Shown here piece after piece: positions 1-12,723 of a DNA stretch of 64,000 bases. This DNA is from Oopsacas minuta (Eukaryota > Animalia > Porifera): assembly GCA_024704765.1 (NCBI GenBank), contig JAKMXF010000306.1, positions 1 to 64,000 on the forward strand. The letters run 5' to 3'. Position 1 is the stretch's first letter, and each line of letters begins with the position of its first letter. The position numbers and the translations under genes are program-made. The notes below the pieces were generated by a model. That model made no database searches and had not been told where the DNA came from. It saw only the letters and a list, made by a program, of their open reading frames with translations.

Positions 1-221
1 GAATTTGAGGATCGGCTCAGCCTCGGTCGGGCAATTTACAGATACCTTGAAGTCATTCCCAAGGATGAGTACAGAAAGACATTTGAAAATTGGATTAAAA
101 GGCTAAATTCAGTTGTAGCGTATAAAGCAGACTACTTTGAATATTCATAGCAAAAATTACCAACTTTATACAAGTATCTATAGTTTTAGATGGTATGATT
201 AGTATTTATTGAATGCCCCTG
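1..221 (+). mobile_element. 3' end of a mariner (DD34D-type) element: transposase C-terminus plus right TIR
   Basis: Frame 1 reads EFEDRLSLGRAIYRYLEVIPKDEYRKTFENWIKRLNSVVAYKADYFEYS*, a typical mariner C-terminus. It ends in tattgaatgcccctg|ta, related to the TIR at 29606. Confidence 0.75.
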
Positions 222-1087
222 TATATAAGTCACTATAATAAATTTCAAGAACGAAATTCAATACTATTTCATTCCATTGTTGCAGTATGCTACAATGGGA
301 ATTTCCTAGTAACGAAAAGTTGTAATGGAATGTCATTGAAAATTATAAGTTGCGCACTGTTTCGGGTTTTGGGGTTTTAGATTACGTTTTTAGGAATCGT
401 AATGCGTGTATCCGATTCATTTTGCGCTGTTGTTTTGTGTTGTTTATTTTTCTTGACCCTTTAAGTATTCCTCTTTGTAGAAATTCTGTGTGGATTTTAC
501 TAGATTTTAGAAATCTTATGCTCACGAAATATATACAAGATACAGTCATGGAAACAAGATATTTAGAATTAGCATAGTCGAAATGTATAAAGTATACCAG
601 ATCAGTAACATTCAATTATGTAATTGCTCTTACAGGTTCATTTGAAATTGTGGCTAAATTTGGAAAACATGAAGCCGCAATTTTCCTATTAATATTTCGC
701 ATCTTTGATGAAGAAATTTTACAGCTTCTAGGGTCTCAATCGTTTAGATATTTTCAATGAGAATCATTTAAACAATATAAAATGAAATAAAACCATCAAA
801 TACGGAATCGATTTTTTGTCTATTCTTTGCTTCTAAAACCACTGTGCATCTAGCTACATCCGAACCCTGAGCAACCAGAAATTCTACTACGACCATGCGT
901 GCTCACTAGAGTATATCCTCTACCAGTGTTGCAAAATGATGTGCCACAATGTTAATTGCTAGTTCTTTCCACAAATCAAAAATTAATCAATGCGCATAAT
1001 GTACCACCTTTGTTCATGGTCCGGCAACACTGTCCTGTGAACCATCCTATTAACGCACACGTGTGTGCCGGTTATAGTGGTTCCATA

Positions 1088-2140
1088 CAGGACCGGATTA
1101 AGGCATAGGCTAACTAGGCTGTAGCTTAGGGGGCCGAATATTGAGGTGGCCCTAAATTATATTTTACATGGATGAAACCAAAACGCATTTACCTATTTTG
1201 ATGTTATCACTTTTACCAACCTCCTTGTGACTTATTCCCTGAATAATTTTCTCGATACACTTGATTATTTATTTTGTATGCAAATAATTCAGGATTACCT
1301 CAATGTTCTAATAGAGATGTTATTTTGACGAGCATGGACCTTACTTTGCTGAATTTTAATTTGAAACTTTTCAAGATGATCACTAAAGTGTGATCTAAAT
1401 CTTTCATTATAATCTGAATAATCGAGTATGTAATTTTGTTTCCAAGAGGATCTGGTTATTGAGGGGTTTTTATGTTTGACCCTTGAAAATGCAATAATGT
1501 ATTGTCTACTATAATCAAGGACTTGTGTGTAGTGAATGATTCATAAGGTATTTGAACATACATAGATATCTTAAGCATTTAATCGAAGATATTTTATTAA
1601 GGAGCAAATATGGTTGTAAATGGTAAATATTATAATATTTTCTTGTTATATCTCTATGGGAAGCCAGAGGCTAAGGTATAATTTGTATTTTATTTATATC
1701 ATGAGCAATTATAAGAGTGGACTGTATATTGAATAAATAATCCATGCAATCTAATACATAATACTTATGTTAGTGGGTATAGTTCCCAAGTCTCACGGAT
1801 TTGCATACAATTTCAGTTTCGTTTTAACTTTCTCACTTCAGATTTTTATGGGGAAATTAAAGTTATTTCAGTGATTCAAACCCGAATACGCTATTATGAG
1901 GGCTAAAATTCCTATCAGCCATCCATTTCATATCAAAAACTTCAGAATTCCAACTGTGCCTAAGGAAATCTCACTAATAAATAAATAAAAGTCGAAATAT
2001 TTATATAGTAGTAAAAGATTTGAGACCGACCGCCTACATACTAAACGATTGACATATTTCCGAATATCTATGAATAATGTTGTGAATGGTACCCCGATTT
2101 GAAATTATTTTGGGTCCCGAAATATCTTAGTCAGGCATTG
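1088..2140. mobile_element. Old hAT-like non-autonomous relic
   Basis: Left end caggaccggattaaggc, degenerate inverted right end cttagtcaggcattg, and a near 8-bp TSD (gttccata / gtgccata). Confidence 0.35.
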
Positions 2141-2977
2141 TGCCATAATTTCCTGTTATATTTTGGCCGAATAATTTGTTCTGTTTAGACAAGCCTATTA
2201 TTTTATTGTATCCATTAAGTGATGAGGTTTGTCCCTGCTGATATTGCCACTGGTGGAATATTTGCATAAATTGAAAATTGTCACACTGAGTAGTAGAATT
2301 TATTCTGATTTCAGAAATTAGTATTCATGATACATTTCTAATTATAGAGCGTAACAAAATTGATGCCCGATCAAATTCGTAATTCTATTTTTCGATTGGA
2401 TTGGCGTAAATTATTGATCACTTTCTAGTTTTAATATAAAGATATGTAAGAAAGAAAGTAATGGGAAGTGGAGGTCGATTAAGTGAAGTCATTTTTGGGT
2501 GTATATAATTGAATTTTATGGGTGGTAACCTCCAGATACATTTAGAGGGTTGATATGTGTATAACTAGAATCAGCTGGTCTAGCGGATTCAACTGAAGGG
2601 ATCGTTTTTTTGTGATATTATTCATGTAATTTGTACAATGATGACATAAATTATCATGCATTTCATTTAATATCTTATCCAATTGACTTTTCTGGATGAC
2701 TAATAGTTTGAGGTCTTCTATATAAAGCTTACCTCCATACTATGTGCTTCATATTCTTGGCCTAAATGTCTTGACACAATTCAGGAATATTTCAAAAATT
2801 GTGAACGGTGTAGGCTCAATACTTTTTCACTCAAACATCCTATTGAGTCACTCACCGAATGTATCGAAAGTTGACACTAATCTAAGAATCCATGAAATAA
2901 TAAGTTCTATGGTCTAAATTATAAATCCCTGAGCCTGAGATAAATCTTATCATTATCTAGGACTCTAGGTCTTAGGT

Positions 2978-5900
2978 CTGTCGCGTAGGATTTTGACCCG
3001 CAATACAAAATCCTAATAGCATATCCATGGTGTGGGTCAAAATCCTACGATGTAATATATGCGTAGGATTTTGACCCGTATCGAAATGTATTATTGTCGT
3101 AGGATTCTGACCCTAGGGTAATCTTACTTCTTTGTTATTTGACTTTTCGAAGTCCATACACTCTCATTACCTAATTACCACTAATGTAGGTAAAGTAATT
3201 CACTTTAGACTAGCTATACGTATACGTAACTGAATAAACAAGTCAATTTAGAGTTAGATTCTAGAAAGTAGTGAACTTGTTTGATAACATGTAAACTATA
3301 TTCCCACTACGTATTACAAATTTACAATATGTATAATTATCCAAAATGCCAAAAATAGACAGTGTATATAAATATTATATAATAATATTACTTGGACAGA
3401 AGGTGGTAGGTATTTGATAATTGTATATAATAACTCATAATAAATAATATAATTTAACATGTCAATCTATATATTGCAATATATTCTATCAAAAAAATAA
3501 CAAAAATTTTGCAAGCATTAGCATGATGATGAATATTGGGAGTATCTTAAGTACGAATTGTAGGCGATTTCATCTTTGCCCATTTCTCTATACTTCCTAA
3601 CAAGCTTTAAGGAATATACCACTGAAATATGTTCATCTATTGGACAAGCGTAGACTATGCATTTGTTACGGGAGTCTTGGTATAATGTTGGTACACATAT
3701 AGAGGTGAAGTGAAAACCGCGAGCCTCTGGCACGCTGCATACTCCTGGATAACACTAGATTTCTATAAACAAAACAAGTCAGCTGCGGTGGCCTCCTCCT
3801 TCCCCTTAGAACCACCCCCTAATACTAAACGTTTAACGTTAACCTCATCTAGTTTATATGTGCAGTGTAGGAGCGAGTTTGATGTGATTGCGATCACACC
3901 AAATTCGATTCTAAGCTGCAACATAAACGAATGCGTACAATCAATCGTAATTTAACAGACACGCGAGGAGCTAACGGACCCCGAACGACCACAGACAAGG
4001 AGACATTAAAAATAAAAAATTGAAAAGAAACTCGCTTGTATCTGATTCCTAGCTGTATTTCGTCCCGGCGTAGACTCGTCAGTTGCGCTCCTTTCTCGCA
4101 ATATACTTAGATGGTAGAGTGATGATATTCACCACTGGGGATGTGCTGTTGCAGGTCGCGTTTCCATTATCTGGGCTCGCTATGATAGGGATTGCGTTGC
4201 CTGAATAACCTCGGGCAGAGCTCTCCACAAGGCTCGATGTACCTTGCATTTGAGTGCTCTCGAATGGTGGAAAAGAGTCGTAATTCGCTAAGAATTAGTC
4301 AGAAGAGTGCAAGAGATAGAATGTAGTATTGAGTGATCCAATGAAAGTGTCACAGTCCCAAAGTTGGATAATTGGTTCTCTCATTCGTCATATTTATAGA
4401 ATTACCCGTTTTGGTAAAGGATTGAATAGAAGTGTCTATTACTCAATATACTAAAGCCAGCAAGTTGGTAGTGAAGTGTCCGTTGGTTGTGACTGATGGT
4501 AAAGTGTTTGTCAATATCACTTGCAAAAATGTCTGGCAATTCGGGTAGATGTCCGATTTCAATTGCTAGCATGACAGATATTGACTTGAATTGGCCAGAT
4601 ATCCTCTCTAAGACAGCAGTAGTTGATCCACAAGACTTGCATTTAATAGGAACGAGACTTCGATTAACAGATGATTCCAGGTTTGTAATAACGCCTTCTA
4701 TATTACTAATCATGGATTGTGTGTCAAAGATATTAGTGCATTGGTGGCATTGGAAGATAGTGAAATATTTGTCGTTACACAAATCTTCTGTTCGTAAATA
4801 TTTGATGATGTTACCCTCTGACCCAAAGAAATCCTAAGACCGTATCAATCCTGAGGAATCATAAATAACTTCATGCCCAATTTAGTAGCAACATATTCTC
4901 GAAGTTTCTCAAATTCACAATTAGCAGCCAATTGGAATATGTAGTGGAATTTAGCTTCAATATGTGTACTTCCGATTAACTTCAGTGAGCCTATGATGGT
5001 TGCTTTATTCGAACTAAAAATAGCCAATATATTGTCGATAGAACAGGTGTTAGATTGCACGATGTTGTTATACTCTCCTCCCCATTTAGGATATGGGATA
5101 AGATCTGATGCATTTTGTATAGATTGTTCTGGTATTCAATGATCTCATGAACATGCTCAGTTGGGAATATTAACTCAATTATTACTGCTAATAGAACAGC
5201 AATTGGATAGTCAAGATCTCTTCGTGTCTCTCCAGGTATTTCAGTAGGTAGGAGGAACGATATTCTGTGTACCAATTACCGGCTGATACAGCAAGTTCAT
5301 CCTTAATCTCAAAATTTAATTCGTTTGGTGGGTGGTAAGAATATAGTAAATTCAATGAACTTAGAGGTGCAACTTTTGTAGCGAGTTTCTCATGCAGTTG
5401 GGTTAAGTAGGTGTTATTGACAAGGGCCGTTAGTTAGAGGTTTCAATTGAAGTAGCTCAGAGTCGATATTTTCATAGATTGAGTGTTGTTGCAGTGTTTC
5501 AAATGTTTCTTCCATTGTATCCAGGTTCAATATATCATCCAATGAGTCTAAATACATAGTAAGTATGTGAAATGTAGGATTGCTATTACGTAATAATCGA
5601 ATCAATACAGAACACAGCTAGTTTTATATGTACGTAATCATGGGCTGAGTCAATTAGTTATAGTTCCTCAAGATTTCTAATTATGTCCCGGAAATATGTA
5701 TAAATAAAAAATATCATTCAAGAATATACCTTCATTAGCTTATTCTCTTGAAAGTAAATCCCTTGCACTTTCTGACAAAATTCTTCTTTTCTTTAGCGAT
5801 CTCTTTTGATTTCTGGTGGATAATATTCGTCTGGAGGTATCCACGAATTGTTTCATACTCTGTCGCATCCATAATGAAAAATGTCAAAAACAATTATAAG

Positions 5901-6049
5901 TGTTGATGTTGAACTCTAGAAACAAAGTAAAATGTTGGTATGTGCATTAGGAAGTCACCCATGTATAAATATGAAAGGTTGATATTACTTGATTTGCAAT
6001 TGCTACTTTCGGGGCAAAATCCTACGTGGGTCAAAATCCTACGCAACAG
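2978..6049 (-). mobile_element. Non-autonomous TIR DNA transposon with 2-bp TSD (CMC/EnSpm-like by TSD), carrying a decayed cysteine-protease-like gene
   Basis: Ends CTGTCGCGTAGGATTTTGACCC ... GGGTCAAAATCCTACGCAACAG, flanked by GT|...|GT. Subterminal repeats of cgtaggattttgaccc. A second copy lies at 47316-48976. Confidence 0.8.
4300..5605 (-). pseudogene. Frameshifted USP/papain-like cysteine peptidase-like gene (cargo of the 2978-6049 element)
   Basis: Cys-box-like GGEYNNIVQSNTCSIDNIL (ORF 4845-5060), two CxxC pairs (CHQC, CKSC) and His-box-like RHFYSILYQNG (ORF 4402-4782). Several frameshifts and stops. Confidence 0.45.
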
Positions 6050-6204
6050 GTCTCTATGACTAGATATATTCAGTAGAATTTGGATTCTTCTTTCGAAATA
6101 TATTTTCTTATTGATCACTAAATAATACCTTTCCAAACATTTGTAAAGGTCGCGAGATGAGAAACCATATATATTTTTTTATTTAATTAATGGTCCGTAG
6201 CGTA

Positions 6205-6401
6205 GGGGGCTATTTGTACCAAAATCTACTATGATATTCACAAATGGTCCCTTTAGTTAATATATACGATATTCAGCGGAAGGTCAAAGGAAGTCAAATT
6301 AATATAAATGAAACCATATTGAATTGTTACTATAATGTCCTTCGTTAATAAAGGGGACCATTAGTACCAAAACCTAGGACGATTTGGTACATATGGCCCC
6401 C
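6205..6401. mobile_element. ~200-bp MITE
   Basis: Imperfect TIRs gggggctatttgtaccaaaatc / gatttggtacatatggccccc, plus an internal inverted pair (aatggtcccttta / aaaggggaccatt). TSD not resolved. Confidence 0.5.
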
Positions 6402-6544
6402 CCGAACCAAATATTCAGTCGAACCATATGTTCCAGGACAACATACTAGAAATCATTGTTGTTTGACAATAACTGACTTATACAGTAAGTGAGTAACAAA
6501 AACACAAGCGATAAAGGTCAGGTTCACTATTACTTTGCAGTTTA

Positions 6545-7869
6545 CAGGGTGTCTCAAAAGTTTATTCCTCCTTAGTATTTCAATTGAAGTCGTTATAAAT
6601 CGAACAGTATTGTTTACTAACCGACCATTTTTCAGATGATTATTAGTCTATAGTAGTCCAATACTATAATGAATACTTCATTTCCTTATTTGATAATCTG
6701 TTTATATTTTCGAAATTTTTTCTCAACCCTCACAAATTTCATACATGGGTGTCATGAAACCGAGATTTGCAGTTCGTGAGCGAGCGATTGGCATGATTGA
6801 AGCGGGTTCAACACAGACAACAGTCGCCAATACTCTTGGAGTCACAATTCGGACAGTTCGGAACTGGTGTAAAAGGCATAGAGCTGGATATTTGCTTGAC
6901 GACAAGCCCGATCTGGACGTCCGACGAAGCTTTCCCGGAATCCGAAAATTATAATTCGAAATCAATCGGGAAACGCTACAATTCAACCCGAAATCTTTCG
7001 AAATATATTTCGTCTAAGTCGGTGACCGTTAGTAAAGACACAATTCACCGTTATTACGCGACACAATCGAAGCGAAAGCCTATAAAAGACCCTCATACCC
7101 GAAATTGATTGAAAATAAAAGGTAAAGAGGCTAGAATTCTGTCTGGAATGCAAAACATGGACTGGTCGTGATTGGGAAAGAGTTCTTTTTGGTAATGAAA
7201 GCCCTTTTGAGCTTTCCACCGACTAATGGGCAAAATGATCGTGTGGGACATTAATCCGAACAACATTACCCCAGTTGAATCACTCAAAACCCCCCGATAA
7301 TGATGGTCTGGGGAATGATGAGCCGGTCAGGGCTATCAGAACTACACTTCATCCCCCAAACTCTCAGTGAATACTGACTGCTATATTAATTAAATCCTAG
7401 AGAAGTGTTGTCCCCCTACCTTTAAGCGTAGAAAGATTAGAGGCCCACTTACCCAAAGGAAAATGTGTCGAAAGATGTCCGAGACAATTTTCATGCAGGA
7501 AGGCGCCCCTGCCCATAAGGACCCAGAAATGGCTTTCAGAGCATCTACCTGGCTTTTGGGAGAAAGGTGTTTGGCCTAGTAACTCCGCAGATTTAATTCC
7601 CATCGAAAATCTTTGGTCTATTATGCAAGCAGAACTAGACAAGAGAAAGCCCGCTACAAATTTAACACAGCTCGGAAAATATTTGGAAAATATATGGAAC
7701 GGGATCAGCCCGCCGATAATTAATAATTTAGTTGATGGGATGCCAAGTAGAATTAATTCATATATGAAACTTAATGGTGAATATATAGGCAAATAATTAG
7801 ATGAATCTATCTAAGAAATTCTATATTATGGTGGTATTCATAAGAGGAAAATACATTTGAGACACCCTG
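6545..7869 (+). mobile_element. Tc1-like element (DD37E/TRT-type), frameshifted transposase
   Basis: 26-bp TIRs cagggtgtctcaaaagtttattcctc (3 mismatches) and TA TSDs. HTH N-terminus MGVMKPRFAVRERAIGMIEAG at 6745 and a QEGAPAH...WPSNSADLIPIENLW C-terminus. Confidence 0.9.
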
Positions 7870-7899
7870 TATTAGGTAACAATTCATGAAGCTCACTAT

Positions 7900-8900
7900 T
7901 ACAACAGTAGCCTTCTGTTTTGATTTCAATTTCTTCGTCGCTATAGATACACATCAAAGTTAGGATGTTTAAACTCTTTTCCGAGGTGCGACTACGTTGG
8001 TTGGTCTTGTCCGTTGAGGCAGGTAGGATACTATCAACTGTCGAAAGTCCGTGATACTGGGATTAACGTCGTTACAGTTTTGTTGTGTTGCTATTGTATC
8101 AGAAGGTAACCCATCAAAAAGCTCTCTCTTCCACTTTATACTCATTGTCGATATTAGGCAAGAGCATCCATTCCTCCCGTATCTTCCCATGTACATTTGT
8201 TGTGATGATGTATTGAAGAATATGTTCTCCAAAGCTTTTGAATTATTGGTCCATGGCATCGGTATTGTTACCCTTAGACGCATAAATATATTGAATAACC
8301 AGCAAATTTGGATTTCTCATAGATTGGGAACTTTAATTGCTGGCGATCCATATCAAGCAAAGGGATCTAAACAGTGACACGAAAATAATTTTGGGTAAAA
8401 GTAACATTGGGATTTTGTCGTTGTGGATCTGCCAGAAACACGAAATGGAACGTTTATGTCTTCAGACAGGCAACAGTGTCCTAAATAAACATCAATCAAC
8501 CTCTCAATACATAGTAGTATAGTTCTCGACATCCATTTTCAAAGCTTCACTTGAGAGGATTCATAGATATTGGCGAATTTGTTTGTAGTGAATTCCAAAT
8601 TAGACACGTTTCTTCCCCTAAGCAGTCATCAAATTTGATGTTGATTGAATGGTATAGAACATAAATGGGTCAATTCCTTCAAAGAATACAAGTCTGGACA
8701 CCAATAGAACATCTAATGGAAGATATTGAAATGTCACCAAATCTGGACAATCTGAGCAAGATGGTTATCATGAGTATGAGATCTGTTGGCTGACGCTAGT
8801 GTAGCTAACATTGCCCGACATTTCTTCACTTAAGTCAAAAGATCCAGGCCATGGATGAAAATAATTGGTACAATATTTACCATGAGCGAGCTTTGAATCC
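7900..8900 (-). pseudogene. Possible Mutator-like (MULE) transposase relic
   Basis: ORF 7969-8283 contains TIPMPWTNNSKALE, resembling the MULE WTNNxxES motif. The rest is heavily decayed. Confidence 0.3.
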
Positions 8901-9021
8901 ATAAAATCTTAATTAATTAGATCCATCATTTTATTTATTTAATTAATTGTTCATTAACCATCTAGAAATTGGATTTTGACAACAACTAGTTTCAGTAGTC
9001 TATCCACTCACGAATGCCATA

Positions 9022-10262
9022 CACAGTGGTTTGGGGCACAGAATAGGAAAATTATTCATAGTCATTGAATGGTGTTTTGAACTTCGAATTTGCTTGCCAT
9101 TACTTACTTTCTATGCAATCCAAAAATAAATGTGATTGAATGCCTATAGTATATACGCTGGGTGTCAAAGTCTATAGTACTTACATTACGAAAATGTATA
9201 ATTGTGGTTTGAAAATATTCATCAAATTCAATCAGACTGCTTTTGATTTATTTTGTTGTTTCCTCTTCCACAGCCTGACTATAGCATTCCTCATTCAATT
9301 TACACATTTAAATACTTGGAAAATAATTCCAACTTTCCAGATTTATTCCCTTTATATTTTCCACAAAATTTTTCAAAATTCGATTACATATTTCCGAAAT
9401 TAGAAGAGGCATCAAAAATACAGATACCATCAGATAGCTTAGAATTTTCAGGAGTTATTCAAATATGTAATATATTTGACATACTAAACTATTTAAGTGA
9501 GCTTCAATGCGCAACTTAAATTTATGTGTAAATTCCATTTTATATTTTCCGGTGCTAGGCTACTAGTTACATCGATTATTATGATAAATGATGTACCTGA
9601 CCACTTCATTATGATAACTGTATTCGTTCAAAAGTAGTTAGATATTAACTACAAACGTTGATAAATTAATTAGTTAGTTAATATTCATTTATCAAATATT
9701 TATCAATCGCTGAAGGTAAAATTCCACGAAACCGCCGTGATTTAGCTAATATTCTGAAAGTGAAGGACAATAAACTTCCCGATATAGTAAATGAAGTTGT
9801 TAATGTCTTAAATATTGAAGAATATTTGGAGACTCCGTTACTTCGTATGTAAAATTGTTGAAGTTAATTTACCAAAATCCAAAAAGTCAATAGATCAACT
9901 CTTAAATGAGTAGTCGACCTCCGAATTCTTTAGGAACTGAGACCTAAGAAAGTTTGTCTTCAACCTTCATTTGGATCATCAGATTTTCAACCTAGCAAGC
10001 CATTGTTAATGATTACCTTAAAACAACAATAATCCGGGTTATCATCCAGTTTGGAACAAATGATCGAAACTGCGATGACCGATAACGCTACGCCCATAGA
10101 GATTGCCGCACTATTATTGGAACTCATAGCCAATGAGGAAGATAATAGTCCGGTTGCAAAGGTTGCTAAAGAAATTATAAGCGGTAGGTTCAGTTATCAT
10201 ACTGCTCAAGTAGTCCCAGTTGAGAAAGTTCTGTTCCTGGATCTACTCGAAGTCATATCAAT
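9022..10262 (+). mobile_element. 5' part of a RAG1-like/Transib element (heptamer-type end plus NBD-like coding remnant), interrupted by a Tc1 insertion
   Basis: CACAGTG terminus at 9022. 10051-10266 reads ...IAALLLELIANEEDNSPVAKVAKEIISG...VVPVEKVLFLDLLEV, collinear with the N-terminal part of the relic at 33.8-34.0 kb (VALLLYILAVEQIG...IVSPEKSTFL). Confidence 0.5.
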
Positions 10263-10263
10263 A

Positions 10264-11589
10264 TAGGGTGTCCCATAATTATTGCCCTATTGTGTAGATG
10301 ACTATAACATTCAAATATCATTAATTAGATATATCATTACTTTCCTATATATCCACCCTTTAGTAATATACATTTTTCAATTCTTTTTGGCATGCCTTCT
10401 ATTAACATTTCCAGAGTATTCGGACATATCTCAGACCATGCGGATTTTTGCATATTTTTAAACTCGTCCAATCCTGCAGCAGGTGTCTTCCTATCAGATT
10501 GATCCTGGAGTATTCCTCATACATTTTCTATTGGACTTAGGTCTGGGGAATTCGCCCTTACCTAAAAATATTTTAGATTGTCCTTCACCAATCTTGGGTT
10601 CTCTTGGCTGAAGGTTCAGGAGCTCCGTCTTGTTGGATAATATAAATGACATGTTTGGTAACATCTTCCTAGTCAGTAAATCGCCCTTCTTACGTTTTCT
10701 GTTAAGTGCATTTACGCAAGTCTTTTCTAGAATTTCTTTAAGATAATAATCTGCACTCACAGTTTGTTTTGAAGGTAAAAAGTGGAGGTCAGACAAAGCC
10801 TGGAAGCCCATCATCTCCCAAACCATAACTCGTGGGGTATATTTGACGTTTTCAATATTTTGAACCTTGAGCTTACTATGTGCCCAGCTCCTGTCATTAT
10901 GTCGCTTTGATGGATGAAATACTTCAAAGGGCGGTTCATCTGACTACAGGACTCGCTTCCAATCATTCACTGTCCAAACTCTTTTCGCCAGGCAAAGGTT
11001 TAATCGTCTTTCTTTTTGTTTTTCGGTCAATTTTGGAGATTTAGTCCTCTTATATGCCCAAGCTCCCAGGTCCTGCTTCAAATATCTATGGACAGTGTTT
11101 TTAGAGACAAGATTACCGATTCTTGTAAGTTTCCACGCCATTACCCTGATTGATTTATACCTTTTCTCTAAAGATTTAGAGATTACTATCTTTGATGTCC
11201 TGTTTAGCTTTGGGGCGGCTCTGTAGCCTTTTTGTGCTGAAGGCTCTCATTTCGTTTATGCTTAGCCCACCAGTGTCTGATGGTCCTAATATCTTTTCCA
11301 AATATTTGGGCTACAGCCTTTTGGAAAAACCTTCTGATAACTTGATAACAGCTTGATTTCGAATCTCAAATTTTAAACTGGACATCCATACCTTGTTAGA
11401 TTGTTGTTACTGATATAGAAAATATACTGCTTTGACTAGTACATAAGGAACGTCGTTGTATCAAGTTAACTAACTAAATACGGTTGGTCAATAAATTTAT
11501 GATAGAAAACTAGACAATTGTACGATATTTTAGAATTAATGATGAAATGAAACTTAATGCTGCTAGGGCAATAATTATGAGACACTCTG
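10264..11589 (-). mobile_element. Tc1-like element (DD37E-type), decayed
   Basis: 26-bp TIRs tagggtgtcccataattattgcccta / tagggcaataattatgagacactctg and TA TSDs. Transposase fragments at 10944-11141 and 10494-10826. Confidence 0.9.
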
Positions 11590-12723
11590 TATATTGAAAT
11601 GAGTTGGTCTACAAACTCTCTAGCTGTAAAATAATTTTTGCTCAATGATCCAGAATCCAAAAGAAAGATTAACATAATAACCAACAGTAAAAACCTGTTT
11701 CTCGTACTTATCAGTTGTTATAACTTTAGATATTTCTCAGATTTTAACTAATATGGGATTTACATATATTTCTACCGTTTAATTATTTTTTACATTTCCC
11801 AGAAAATAGGAAAAACTTGATTTGGCAGTATGTAGAATCAGAGTTGTTACTAACAAATGTTTAATATAGAAAGTGGATCAATCACCTAAATAGAATCGCT
11901 TAAATATAAATTGTATTCTTTTTAAGTACAAACCGAAAATGTATATATAAATTAATAGATAACATATTATATAGTCGAAACTTCTTGCTATGTTATTCAA
12001 AATATTCAACTGCTTTTCGAAGATTGGATCATCAATTAGAGGATTGTGAATTGGCTCGTGATATGATCATAGATCCTTTGGAATTTAGGATCGGAACTGG
12101 GACCGCTGATCATAATTTTATCGAGGATTGACTTCGGAATCTGTATCCTTTAATTGAGGATCGTCTAATGCCCTAGCCCTGACATAATGATAGTCACTTA
12201 TTCTATGCCTTATCTGAATGAGTCCTAAAAGATAATGTCATTCATTTTATGACTTCTTTGTTAAACTTGAAAACAGTTTTGATCTGTCTCGACAATGCTC
12301 AAAGTCAAACACTAGTACCTCAATTGGGAATTTGCCTCATAATTCAAACGATTAATCAAACGATCTTGTTTCTTAACTTCAATATCTTTGATTACCGTCG
12401 GATATATTGCTAACTAGGCGATTTAGAAATATATTCGTCTTGTCCTTTAGAATTTCCCTAAAATGGTTTATGGCAAACAAATGAGATATTTTCAGTGAAA
12501 CTTTTGATAAATACGATATCTGCTAATATTCTGTAGATGCTTCTTTTTTTCATCCTTACATATACTTTTCGATCAAAACATGGAAATGGGGTCAATGCTT
12601 TTATAATTCGCGATTTTATGAAATGTACGAAACCGGATGCTAATACAAGGCATCAAGAATTGAAATTTCGTAGTGACAGTTTACAATCTCAAAAAATTTC
12701 TAAATTGTGTCCGATTTTCAGTA

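Noticed and set aside
2400-2830. Gypsy/Ginger integrase zinc-binding-like phrase (LVIQKSQLDKILNEMHDNLCH, minus strand)
   Set aside because: Too short and decayed, with no integrase core, RT or LTR nearby.
3518-3733. Identical small ORFs repeated at 47928-48143 and 5414/48357
   Set aside because: Their conservation is explained by recent duplication of the host element, not by coding constraint.
12000-12420. OTU-like protease remnant (HNDSHLFYALSE)
   Set aside because: Only one weak motif without the catalytic Cys, and multiple stops.
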